Origin: an uncultured virus (IMG/VR IMGVR_UViG_3300009155_005562)
Lineage: Duplodnaviria; Heunggongvirae; Uroviricota; Caudoviricetes
Virus record (IMG/VR): IMGVR_UViG_3300009155_005562
Direction: 5' to 3' (one strand)
Length of the DNA: 64,000 nucleotides
The notes beneath the pieces were generated by a model. That model was given only the letters and a program-made list of their open reading frames with translations. It searched no databases and was not told where the DNA came from. The position numbers were made by a program, and so were the translations under genes. Position 1 is the stretch's first letter. Every line of letters starts with the position of its first letter. Of the stretch, positions 18,238 to 26,318 are shown piece by piece.

Positions 18238-18675
18238 TTATTTAGCTAGGACATCCAACTGAATGCCAGCTTCCTCGAACATAACCTTAGTTACGTCCCA
18301 GTTGAGGTAAGGCTTAATCTCATCTGAAGCCTTACATACAACTCTTTTTATACCGCGCTGAATGATTGATTTAGCACATTCATTGCACGGCATTAATGTT
18401 ACGTATATAGTGCACCCTGTAACATCGGTGTGTGCATTATCGATGGCGTTTCGTTCGGCATGACATACAAATTTATATTTGACATCTCGATGATTGTAGC
18501 GAGCCTCACAATCATCAACGCCTCTAGGAAGACCATTATAACCAAGAGAGATAATATGATTTTTATCATTTACTATAACTGCTCCAACCTTCGTGCTAGG
18601 GTCTTTAGACCAACTACTTATGTGTGCTGCAAGATCTAAGAACCTTTGATCCCATTTATCTCTGGATTTGTCCAA
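18238..18675 (-). CDS. cd: dCMP deaminase (start uncertain)
   Basis: SKDPSTKVGA, GYNG, HAERNA, PCNECAK. Confidence 0.9.
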   Translation of the reverse strand: MDKSRDKWDQRFLDLAAHISSWSKDPSTKVGAVIVNDKNHIISLGYNGLPRGVDDCEARYNHRDVKYKFVCHAERNAIDNAHTDVTGCTIYVTLMPCNECAKSIIQRGIKRVVCKASDEIKPYLNWDVTKVMFEEAGIQLDVLAK

Positions 18676-19033
18676 ACTTGTTAAGCTGACTGGACTCTCT
18701 AACGATAGATTCCATCGCCAATTGTCGACGTTGTTTACTAGTTTGTTCTTTGAGTCCATATTTTTCACACCATGCTTTCCAAGCAGCTTTTTGCTTATCG
18801 CGGGCTTTTTTCGAAGGTTTACGCCCGGAGTTACTTACTTTTACTATCAATTATCAAGCTCCGAAACAAGTTCATTAAGAAAGTCATGCTCATCAGGAAA
18901 TTCTTCTAGAAACATGTCCTGAATATCTTCTAAAGCAAATTGTGTTGTCTCTACTAGATTATAGAAGAAACCGCTCATAGCAGATTCCTTCTGGTCACGC
19001 ATAACTTTAAGCTGAGCTTGACTACGAAACATT

Positions 19034-19480
19034 TTAGTCCTTATAGTCGATAGTATTAGTAAGTTGTTCAATTACTTCTGCATCTGTCCACGTGCTTATG
19101 TAATCATTATCTTTCTTGCTAAGTTCCAGTAAATCAGCATATTCAATCTGACGGCCATCGAAAACCTGAGTACCTAGATGCTTCTGGGAAAATTCCTTAA
19201 AGTCAGGATCGTGCTCGTTAAAGACAACCTCGTCCATAGCATCATCAAGGCCCTTTGCCTTTACAACATATCGATTTCGGAACGTGCTTAGAACATCTAC
19301 AACAAAATAATTAAGATTATCATCCACTTTAATTATGCTCCATGAGCCATCTTTATTGTTAATCCATTGTAGCTTGTCACCGATTTTAAATCCAGAGGCT
19401 TCTAAGATTTCATCGTTAAGCTGAAGATAGAGTTCCTTATCAACACCTTCTTGAACACTTAAAACAAATGACTTTTTCAC
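19034..19480 (-). CDS. Hypothetical protein with N-terminal AbrB-like domain
   Basis: LYLQLNDEILEASGFKIGDKLQW. Confidence 0.55.
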   Translation of the reverse strand: MKKSFVLSVQEGVDKELYLQLNDEILEASGFKIGDKLQWINNKDGSWSIIKVDDNLNYFVVDVLSTFRNRYVVKAKGLDDAMDEVVFNEHDPDFKEFSQKHLGTQVFDGRQIEYADLLELSKKDNDYISTWTDAEVIEQLTNTIDYKD

Positions 19481-19839
19481 TTGTTCTTACCTTTAGCAAT
19501 GGTATCAATATTTTTGCATTGAGTATCCCAATCACCAAGATAGGTGTCGTAGGGTCCTGCAGAACCAACAGCTCCTGAAGGGTCAATACTAATATAGTCT
19601 GAGCCTGCAGCCCCTTCTATACCTATCATACTGTCACCTAAAAAACTAACAGTTTCACAGCCATGAGAAGAAAATTCAAAGTTGCTATTCTCAATAATTT
19701 CTAAGTTACCATTAAAGACAAATCCACAACCGCGAAGAAAAGATTCAAAATTTTCTATAACATTATTAAGTTGAATCTCATCAAACTCATGAGTAATCTT
19801 GAGATCGTCAAGCGTATGAGTAAAAGTAAATTTAGACAT
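19477..19839 (-). CDS. Conserved T4-like hypothetical protein
   Basis: ITHEF...FESFLRGCGF motif. Confidence 0.6.
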   Translation of the reverse strand: MSKFTFTHTLDDLKITHEFDEIQLNNVIENFESFLRGCGFVFNGNLEIIENSNFEFSSHGCETVSFLGDSMIGIEGAAGSDYISIDPSGAVGSAGPYDTYLGDWDTQCKNIDTIAKGKNK

Positions 19840-19855
19840 AATATATCCTTAAAGT

Positions 19856-19929
19856 TGGAGCGGGATGCGGGAATCGAACCCGCGACTCTAGCTTGGAAGG
19901 CTAGGGTAATACCATTTTACGAATCCCGC
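19856..19929 (-). tRNA. tRNA-Gly(UCC)
   Basis: Cloverleaf GCGGGAT...GTTCGATT...CCA. Confidence 0.95.
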
Positions 19930-20399
19930 TAGGCAGCCAATACTTCTTTAATCCTATCAGCAGCATAACTCGCTGCAAACGCTTGAGGCTTAATAAGGGG
20001 TGTAACATTGCACATGCCCTTAATATATCCTACTGCCTCGTTAATAATACAACTCGAACCGTGAAGATCACTTGGATTAATATCTAGATGAACTTCAACA
20101 TCTCTATCTTCTAGAACTTCTTGTAGTTTTAAATACAGCTCTGCAACTTTATATACTTCATTCATTAGCCGCATTCTTGGGCGGTTCTTGCTTTGATCAT
20201 AATCGCGTTCTCTTTGAACTTCGCCAAAGAGCTTGCAACCATGTCTTCCGTCAATGTGTACTACTATTGCGAGTGTGTAATCAGCATACCAAATATTGTT
20301 ATTAATGAATCTTTCAGAGTCGCCACCAATATAAATTTTTGTGCTAGGGCCTTGTGCTTCGATAAACTCTTTTACTTCATTAATATCTATTTTTAGCAT
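19929..20399 (-). CDS. RNase H-like YkuK family protein
   Basis: IYIGGDS, RLMNEV, EVHLDIN, AASYAAD. Confidence 0.8.
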   Translation of the reverse strand: MLKIDINEVKEFIEAQGPSTKIYIGGDSERFINNNIWYADYTLAIVVHIDGRHGCKLFGEVQRERDYDQSKNRPRMRLMNEVYKVAELYLKLQEVLEDRDVEVHLDINPSDLHGSSCIINEAVGYIKGMCNVTPLIKPQAFAASYAADRIKEVLAA

Positions 20400-20413
20400 G
20401 CTTACTCCTTAAT

Positions 20414-20501
20414 TGGTGCCCGGGACCGGAATCGAACCGGTACGCCGTTTTAAGGCGGCAGATTTTAAGTCTGCTGTGTCTACCTATTTCACCACCCGGG
20501 C
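20414..20501 (-). tRNA. tRNA-Leu(UAA)
   Basis: Class II cloverleaf with CCA. Confidence 0.95.
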
Positions 20502-20506
20502 AAATA

Positions 20507-20854
20507 TTACTTTTTAGCGGCTGGCTTACGACCAGGTTTACGACCAGGTTTCTTAGCAACAGGAGGCTTAGTTTCCACTACTTCCTGTACAACAGGCTCA
20601 TCTACTACAGGAGCTGGTTCTTCTACCACAGGAGCTGGCTCAGGAGGCAGTTCGATCTTAATATCTGAAACCTCGGAGTTATCTGTAATAATCACGCTTT
20701 GAACTTCTTTAACTGGTTCTGGGGCAGGAGCAGGAGCAGGAGGAGGCTCCGGTTGTTTAATATCATCTAGATATTCTAGTCCTGCTTTATCCAGATAGTT
20801 CCATACAAATGCAACTGCTAGGGCTGCAGCAATGATACCGATAATTGTTAACAT
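20507..20854 (-). CDS. Membrane-anchored Pro/Glu-rich protein with basic tail
   Basis: N-terminal TM, PAPAPAPEP linker, KKPGRKPGRKP. Confidence 0.6.
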   Translation of the reverse strand: MLTIIGIIAAALAVAFVWNYLDKAGLEYLDDIKQPEPPPAPAPAPEPVKEVQSVIITDNSEVSDIKIELPPEPAPVVEEPAPVVDEPVVQEVVETKPPVAKKPGRKPGRKPAAKK

Positions 20855-20871
20855 TTACTTCTCCTTTATAT

Positions 20872-20947
20872 TGGTGCGCCCGGTAGGATTCGAACCTACA
20901 CTCAACGGATTATGAGTCCGCTGCTTTAACCATTAAGCTACAAGCGC
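20872..20947 (-). tRNA. tRNA with CAU anticodon (Ile2/lysidine type or elongator Met)
   Basis: GCGCTTG...GGACTCATAATCC...CCA. Confidence 0.9.
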
Positions 20948-20953
20948 TAAAAC

Positions 20954-21030
<77 letters not shown>

Positions 21031-21067
21031 ATGATTTATTATATCCTACTCGTGAAAAGATATCAAC

Positions 21068-21075
21068 TATAAATA
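21068..21075 (+). promoter_or_regulatory. Late promoter TATAAATA, back-to-back with a sigma70 promoter for tRNA-Arg
   Basis: Exact consensus; adjacent minus-strand TTGATA-17-TATAAT. Confidence 0.7.
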
Positions 21076-21090
21076 AAGTGGAGGGGAAAA

Positions 21091-21873
21091 ATGACAAAAT
21101 ACAAATCCATTTTTATTTCTGATGTACATCTTGGAACTAAAGACAGCAGAGCTGATTTAGCTGCCAACTTTTTAAAGTATAATACCTGTGATAATTTATT
21201 TCTAGTGGGTGATATCATCGATGGCTGGAGAATTCAACAAAAAAAATGGCATTGGAAAAAAAGTCATTCCGCCTTTATTAGAAGAATCCTTAAACTAAGC
21301 AGAGATAACACCTCGATTACTTATGTTACTGGGAACCATGATGAGTTCTTAAGACCATATGTCGGTTCCTTCTCACTCGGTAACATTAACATAGTAAACT
21401 CTGCAGAATACAGATCAATAAACGGGGAGAAGTATTTAATAGTTCACGGAGATATGTTCGACGGAATAACTAGATTAGCTCCATGGCTATCATTCCTGGG
21501 CGATAAAGCTTATGATTGTGTTTTATGGCTCAACACTAAATTTAATTGGTGGCGTCATAAGTTAGGATTTGGATATTGGAGTTTATCTAGATTTTTAAAG
21601 CATAAAGTAAAAAAAGCAGTAGATTTTGTATTTAAATTTGAATTAAATGTAACTAGCTATGCTGCTAAAAGAAATTTTGACGGAATAATATGTGGTCATA
21701 TTCATACACCGGAAATTAAAACTATTAACGGTGTTACATATATGAATACCGGTGATTGGGTTGAGAGCTGCTCTGCGCTAGTTGAACACCATGATGGATT
21801 ATGGGAAATAGTTTATTGGACAGAGGCAAAAGATGAAATGGATTCTACTAATAATAGTAGTGCAAATCAATAA
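21091..21873 (+). CDS. Calcineurin-like metallophosphoesterase, UDP-2,3-diacylglucosamine hydrolase (LpxH)-like
   Basis: SDVHLG, GDIIDGW, GNHD, HGDMFD, GHIH, NTGDW. Confidence 0.85.
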   Translation: MTKYKSIFISDVHLGTKDSRADLAANFLKYNTCDNLFLVGDIIDGWRIQQKKWHWKKSHSAFIRRILKLSRDNTSITYVTGNHDEFLRPYVGSFSLGNINIVNSAEYRSINGEKYLIVHGDMFDGITRLAPWLSFLGDKAYDCVLWLNTKFNWWRHKLGFGYWSLSRFLKHKVKKAVDFVFKFELNVTSYAAKRNFDGIICGHIHTPEIKTINGVTYMNTGDWVESCSALVEHHDGLWEIVYWTEAKDEMDSTNNSSANQ

Positions 21874-22006
21874 TCCGGCAGACATACCTGGCAAGGTATT
21901 TTTAGAATTTCAAGATAAAGCATCTTGTATGGCAGCCCTTGACACTATGACTTACTGGATTAAGTTTAATACATTTAAAGTCGTAGGCTCTTGCTACGAA
22001 AAATAA
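21833..22006 (+). CDS. Small hypothetical secreted protein, 57 aa (not in ORF track)
   Basis: MKWILLIIVV...C...C; overlaps the end of the LpxH-like gene. Confidence 0.5.
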   Translation: MKWILLIIVVQINNPADIPGKVFLEFQDKASCMAALDTMTYWIKFNTFKVVGSCYEK

Positions 22007-22007
22007 T

Positions 22008-22446
22008 CGGTTACGCTACTCAGGTTGCAGTTCGCGTTCTAGACCGCTCCTACACTTATACACCCTTTCGTCCCTAGCTTTCGCTTCGCACCCAATACAC
22101 CGAAAGGTATGGGGCGGGTCCTTGACAGTAACGACTACTCTGGGTACGGCCTATAAGAAGGGCTCGCCATTTCGCTGTACGCGCTACTGTTATCGTCTCC
22201 TAAAGACTCATCAGAAGGACTGTTATAGGTGTCAAGCCATTCCTTACCGGGGAACCACTTGACCGGGAGGTTACTCCGACCACGTCTAATAACGCTTCGA
22301 CGATAACGCTTAAAGTATTCGATCTTTAAGAATCGCTAGTCATATGGTGGAACTAGGCACCTGAGAGTTCTGGACACTATTTGGCCAATAGTGCTGTGGC
22401 ATAACACAAACTCACACCTCTCCTAAACCCAAGGAGACACGGGGGT
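22008..22446 (-). ncRNA. Large structured non-coding RNA at the 3' end of the tRNA array
   Basis: No credible ORF, GC-richer than flanks, multiple hairpins, long-range helix CTCAGGT/ACCTGAG (22359-22365 with 22019-22025). Confidence 0.6.
22118..22229 (-). ncRNA. Hammerhead ribozyme-like fold (type I, one extra U in core)
   Basis: GUCCUU-CUGAUGA-GUCU(UUAGG)AGAC-GAUAA-CAGUAGCG...CGUUACUG-UC-AAGGAC; all three stems pair. Confidence 0.7.
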
Positions 22447-22447
22447 T

Positions 22448-22523
22448 TGGTAGGAGGTACCGGGTTCGAACCGATCACATTCACGGTGTAAGCGTGACGC
22501 TCTACCAACTGAGCTAACCTCCT
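22448..22523 (-). tRNA. tRNA-Val(UAC)
   Basis: Cloverleaf with CCA. Confidence 0.95.
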
Positions 22524-22527
22524 ATTT

Positions 22528-22604
22528 TGGTCTCGGCGGCAGGGTTCGAACCTGCGACCTCCTGCTCCCAAAGCAGGCATTCTACCAGACTGAACTACGC
22601 CGAG
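22528..22604 (-). tRNA. tRNA-Pro(UGG)
   Basis: Cloverleaf with CCA. Confidence 0.95.
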
Positions 22605-22611
22605 AAACTTG

Positions 22612-22684
22612 TACGAGTGGCGAGACTCGAACTCGCGACCAGCGGATTAAAAGTCCGTTGCGCTACCAACTGCGCCACACTCGC
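22612..22684 (-). tRNA. tRNA-Lys(UUU), CCA not encoded
   Basis: Cloverleaf; 3' end reads ...A-CAA. Confidence 0.9.
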
Positions 22685-22691
22685 AGAAAAC

Positions 22692-22767
22692 TGGTGCCCT
22701 GTGTCGGATTCGAACTGACCACCTACGCATTACAAGTGCGTTGCTCTACCAAATGAGCTAACAGGGC
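22692..22767 (-). tRNA. tRNA-Thr(UGU)
   Basis: Cloverleaf with CCA. Confidence 0.95.
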
Positions 22768-22773
22768 AAGACT

Positions 22774-22849
22774 TGGCTCCCCGACCTGGGCTCGAACCAG
22801 GGACACACGGATTAACAGTCCGTTGCTCTACCGACTGAGCTATCGGAGA
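22774..22849 (-). tRNA. tRNA-Asn(GUU)
   Basis: Cloverleaf with CCA. Confidence 0.95.
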
Positions 22850-22855
22850 ATAAAC

Positions 22856-22929
22856 TGGTTGCGGGACCTAGATTCGAACTAAGAACTCAGGCTTATGAGA
22901 CCTGTGTGATGCCATTTCACTATCCCGCT
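22856..22929 (-). tRNA. tRNA-Met(CAU), initiator-like
   Basis: CAU anticodon with 1:72 mismatch (A:A). Confidence 0.88.
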
Positions 22930-22967
22930 ATACGTACATTATACTGCTTATTGAATATAAGTCAACT

Positions 22968-23041
22968 TGGACCCGGTGGAGAGAATCGAACTCCCACATG
23001 CAGATTTGGAGGCTGCGGTTCTGCCATTAAACTACACCGGG
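22968..23041 (-). tRNA. tRNA-Trp(CCA)
   Basis: Cloverleaf with CCA. Confidence 0.9.
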
Positions 23042-23042
23042 T

Positions 23043-23132
23043 TGGCGGAAGCGGTGAGATTCGAACTCACGGTGCCATCGCTGGCACGACAGTTTTCAAG
23101 ACTGTTGCAATAAACCGGGCTGCCACACTTCC
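23043..23132 (-). tRNA. tRNA-Ser(UGA)
   Basis: Class II cloverleaf with CCA. Confidence 0.95.
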
Positions 23133-23138
23133 ATAAAT

Positions 23139-23221
23139 TGGTGCCCAAGAAGAGACTCGAACTCTTACGCCGAAGCACTGGCTTCTAAGACCAGCGTGTC
23201 TACCAATTCCACCACCTGGGC
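23139..23221 (-). tRNA. tRNA-Leu(UAG)
   Basis: Class II cloverleaf with CCA. Confidence 0.95.
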
Positions 23222-23229
23222 AATTAATC

Positions 23230-23323
23230 TGGTCCTCCCGACAGGATTCGAACCTGTAACGTGCCCCCATCTAGAGCCAATGCCGGGTATAAGCCGGGTG
23301 TTTTACCATTAAACTACAGGAGG
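23230..23323 (-). tRNA. Atypical tRNA, UAU anticodon (Ile) with long variable arm
   Basis: 94 nt; normal D and T arms; ~23-nt extra arm; CCA encoded. Confidence 0.75.
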
Positions 23324-23375
23324 TATTTCTCAACAACAAATAAATTATAGTTTAGAAAGTAAAAGAATGCAATTG

Positions 23376-23774
23376 TTATCTTACCTTACGACCAATGTTG
23401 TACTTTGCTACTAATTCCCATTCGTCTTTTTCTTTATAGGGAAGAACTTTGATCTGTGACAAAGGTGAAACTGGTTCTCTGGTTTTTAGAGGGTTAATCT
23501 GTTGTATAAGTCCCCACTCAGTAAGAAGATTAACTATCGTATTGCGCCGGGCAATATCATCCTCGGAGAAGTTAGATGGCTTACCATCCAATAAGAATAA
23601 TTCTTTAAAATGTACAACATAGTATCTACCTTGCTTATGGAGAATATGACATGATTGATAAAGCTTACGGTCTTTTCTCGAAGCCACACCGATACGAGTG
23701 AGAGTTTCACGAATTTTTAAAAAGTCGTACTCCTTTATTAGACGAACTTCAATCAAGCTATCAAGCACGTTCAT
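23376..23774 (-). CDS. regA: Translational repressor RegA
   Basis: FLKIRETLTRIGVASRK...LYQSCHILHKQGRYYVVHFKELF. Confidence 0.97.
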   Translation of the reverse strand: MNVLDSLIEVRLIKEYDFLKIRETLTRIGVASRKDRKLYQSCHILHKQGRYYVVHFKELFLLDGKPSNFSEDDIARRNTIVNLLTEWGLIQQINPLKTREPVSPLSQIKVLPYKEKDEWELVAKYNIGRKVR

Positions 23775-24158
23775 TTAGCCACCTTTTTCTAATTGTTTTT
23801 TGATCATGCTAATTTGATCATTCGATAGCAAGGATAATGCTTGAGAGGCTTTCTCATCGCTATAACCATAAAACTGCTTAACAGCTTCAAAATCATTACT
23901 ATCTTGTTTTTTTACCCATTTAGCAAATCGCTTTTGGGACCTAATACTATATAGGAGATAGTAATATTGAAGTTTATTATCTAGATGGCTGTATCGGTTT
24001 ACTTCATTAGCATAAAGAACGGTATCAGGAAAATATGATAGCGACTTATTAATTAGAAAAGGCGAATAAGACTTCTCGGAGAGTTCTTCGTTATCCGAGT
24101 CTCCTATTAGGTCTTTTTTGTTATAGGTAATGGAATTTGTAAAGTCAAACGGGTTCAT
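23775..24158 (-). CDS. 62: Clamp loader small subunit gp62
   Basis: YSPFLINKSLS...KRFAKW; synteny. Confidence 0.93.
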   Translation of the reverse strand: MNPFDFTNSITYNKKDLIGDSDNEELSEKSYSPFLINKSLSYFPDTVLYANEVNRYSHLDNKLQYYYLLYSIRSQKRFAKWVKKQDSNDFEAVKQFYGYSDEKASQALSLLSNDQISMIKKQLEKGG

Positions 24159-25087
24159 TTGAATTCACAGTTAACCATTGTCTCTGTAAGAAAGGCTACA
24201 AGATTAATCTCTCTGTCCGCAACAAAAGCAGCTTTGTATTGATACTCTGCTATGATTAAGATTAACTGCGGTACAGAAGATGGTTGCAAGCATTCAGACG
24301 CTGAATCATAGAACTGTCTAAAAAAAACTGCGTCGTCTACCTCTGATTCACCTACCCATTTACGAATACCGCTAAAGTTCTTTTCTTTTAGCAAACCTAC
24401 TAGCTCTTTAAACTTAGTATCGGTAAATGAAGAGAGTATACCGGTATCAATTTTACCCGTAGCAGAGTATCGTTGAAGCTCGTTTAAGGTTCTACGGAAG
24501 TCTGGAAAGAACCTTTCTACTACTACTGCAAGAGCTTTTGACTCAAACTCAACCTTTTCAGAATTAAGAATCTCTGCTACACGATTATAAAACTTAGTAG
24601 CCATCTTAGGTCTAGACGACTTAGGAATCTTAAATTCAACAACTGAGCACCGTGAATGAAGAGGATCAATGATACGGTTACGAAAGTTGCATGTAAGAAT
24701 AAACCCGCAATTCTTAGAGAATTCCTCCATAAAATTGCGTAAGGCAGGCTGAGTGCTGTTTGGGTTAAGATAGTCTGCTTCATCTAGAATAACATATTTA
24801 CGACCTCCAACAAGGGAAACGGAGGATGCAAACTGTTGTATCTCATTACGGAGTGTATCGATATTACCGTTCATAGAACCGTTAATTACGATATAGTCAC
24901 ACCCCAACTGCTCAAGCATGGCCTTAGCAACGGTCGTCTTACCTACACCTGCACGACCAGTTAATAGCAAATTAGGTACGTTTTTTTGATCGACAAACGT
25001 TTGAAAAGCAGTTTTTAATTCGTCAGGAAGAATAGTTTCTTCGATAGTGCGCGGGCGATACTTCTCTACCCATAGAAATTCTTTCAT
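24155..25087 (-). CDS. 44: Clamp loader large subunit gp44
   Basis: LWVEKYRP, GRAGVGKT, DEAD, SRC, FPDFR. Confidence 0.97.
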   Translation of the reverse strand: MKEFLWVEKYRPRTIEETILPDELKTAFQTFVDQKNVPNLLLTGRAGVGKTTVAKAMLEQLGCDYIVINGSMNGNIDTLRNEIQQFASSVSLVGGRKYVILDEADYLNPNSTQPALRNFMEEFSKNCGFILTCNFRNRIIDPLHSRCSVVEFKIPKSSRPKMATKFYNRVAEILNSEKVEFESKALAVVVERFFPDFRRTLNELQRYSATGKIDTGILSSFTDTKFKELVGLLKEKNFSGIRKWVGESEVDDAVFFRQFYDSASECLQPSSVPQLILIIAEYQYKAAFVADREINLVAFLTETMVNCEFK

Positions 25088-25095
25088 AATATATC

Positions 25096-25662
25096 CTAAA
25101 GCGTCGCATATACATCATCACCATGAACAAGAACAGTATACCCTTGTTCTGCTAAGATACTCAAAAGCACATTGAGATCAACAAACTTATGTTCTATTTT
25201 AAGCTTCTTCGGTTTTACTCTCCAGTTATAAGCACATAGAATCTCTAGTTCATGACCTTCTACATCCATCTTTAAATACTCTACATCTCTAATACCATGC
25301 CTGTAAAAAAAGTAATCTAAAGTAAAACACTTAACATTTCTCGTAATAGCCTTGCATGAACTTAAGTAGCCTTCTTTTAAGTTACGTTCAATTAAATTAC
25401 TACTAGAGAAGTTTAAATGACTAATACCTCTAACCCATTGCTCTGAAGCAGTATTAGGGTCAATATAGGTTATTTCAGCTTTCCCATTATAGCTAGAAAT
25501 AGCACAGTTATCAAAAAAGGCACCATCATTAGTGCCTATTCTTTTTTTAAGAGAGTCAAGATACTCTGAAACAGGCTCTACGAAGTAGACCCTGTTATCC
25601 GGAGTTAAGAAGTTATCGAGATTGTCAAAATCGCTAGTGCCTATCTCGACGTAGTTTTTCAT
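25096..25662 (-). CDS. FkbM-family methyltransferase
   Basis: VEIG...FVEP...NCAIS...LKMDVEGHE...IEH. Confidence 0.8.
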   Translation of the reverse strand: MKNYVEIGTSDFDNLDNFLTPDNRVYFVEPVSEYLDSLKKRIGTNDGAFFDNCAISSYNGKAEITYIDPNTASEQWVRGISHLNFSSSNLIERNLKEGYLSSCKAITRNVKCFTLDYFFYRHGIRDVEYLKMDVEGHELEILCAYNWRVKPKKLKIEHKFVDLNVLLSILAEQGYTVLVHGDDVYATL

Positions 25663-26318
25663 GCTTGAAAGTTTGAACTTGCTTCGGTTGCTACCCAGTA
25701 TGTAACATCATCACTCTTAAATTGTGCGACCCCCTTAGAAGTGATGTTAACATCGTAGCTACCACCCATTACCTTAATATTTTCTGCCTTAAAGATCATC
25801 CTGAAAGTATGCTCCGTGCTCTTCAAGTGAACGCGGTAGTTATCACTAGAAGGATTCTTTGAATCAATAGCCTCAAGATACATCTCGCCATCCTCGCCTG
25901 TTACCGCGATTTCAGGTAGTTGAAGTACGCCCAAAGCTTTTGAAACCTTCTGCAAGTCTTCTGCAGTTAGAACAAAGTTAATTTCCGCCTCTGGCATGTT
26001 TACACCTTTAGCGTCTGAACTAATAATCATTCTAGGATCTGCAAACGTATACTGAACCTTCTGCTTACCAGAAGAGATAGTCATATTACTTTCTTGAATA
26101 TCTAATTCAGGTTGATCGAAAAGCGACAGTACTCCTAGAAAACGCGACAAATCATAGATTGCAAAGGAGCGGGGGATCTCTTCTTTAATCGTTGCTGACG
26201 CCATAATTGTTTTCTGAGGAGATACTGTCGTGAGAACCTTCCCCTCTCTAAAAATAAGAGAGGGGTTAATCGTAGAAAAGTTCTTAAGGATTTGAACTGT
26301 TCTTTGATCTAATTTCAT
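25659..26318 (-). CDS. 45: Sliding clamp gp45
   Basis: MKL...ILKNFSTINPS...IYDLSRFL; synteny. Confidence 0.95.
   Translation of the reverse strand: MKLDQRTVQILKNFSTINPSLIFREGKVLTTVSPQKTIMASATIKEEIPRSFAIYDLSRFLGVLSLFDQPELDIQESNMTISSGKQKVQYTFADPRMIISSDAKGVNMPEAEINFVLTAEDLQKVSKALGVLQLPEIAVTGEDGEMYLEAIDSKNPSSDNYRVHLKSTEHTFRMIFKAENIKVMGGSYDVNITSKGVAQFKSDDVTYWVATEASSNFQA

Noticed and set aside
22008..22446. tmRNA, RNase P RNA or group I intron
   Set aside because: No tRNA-like ends, no RNase P conserved boxes, no P7 motif recognised
22377..23270. Short ORFs in the track across the tRNA array
   Set aside because: They are translations of tRNA genes
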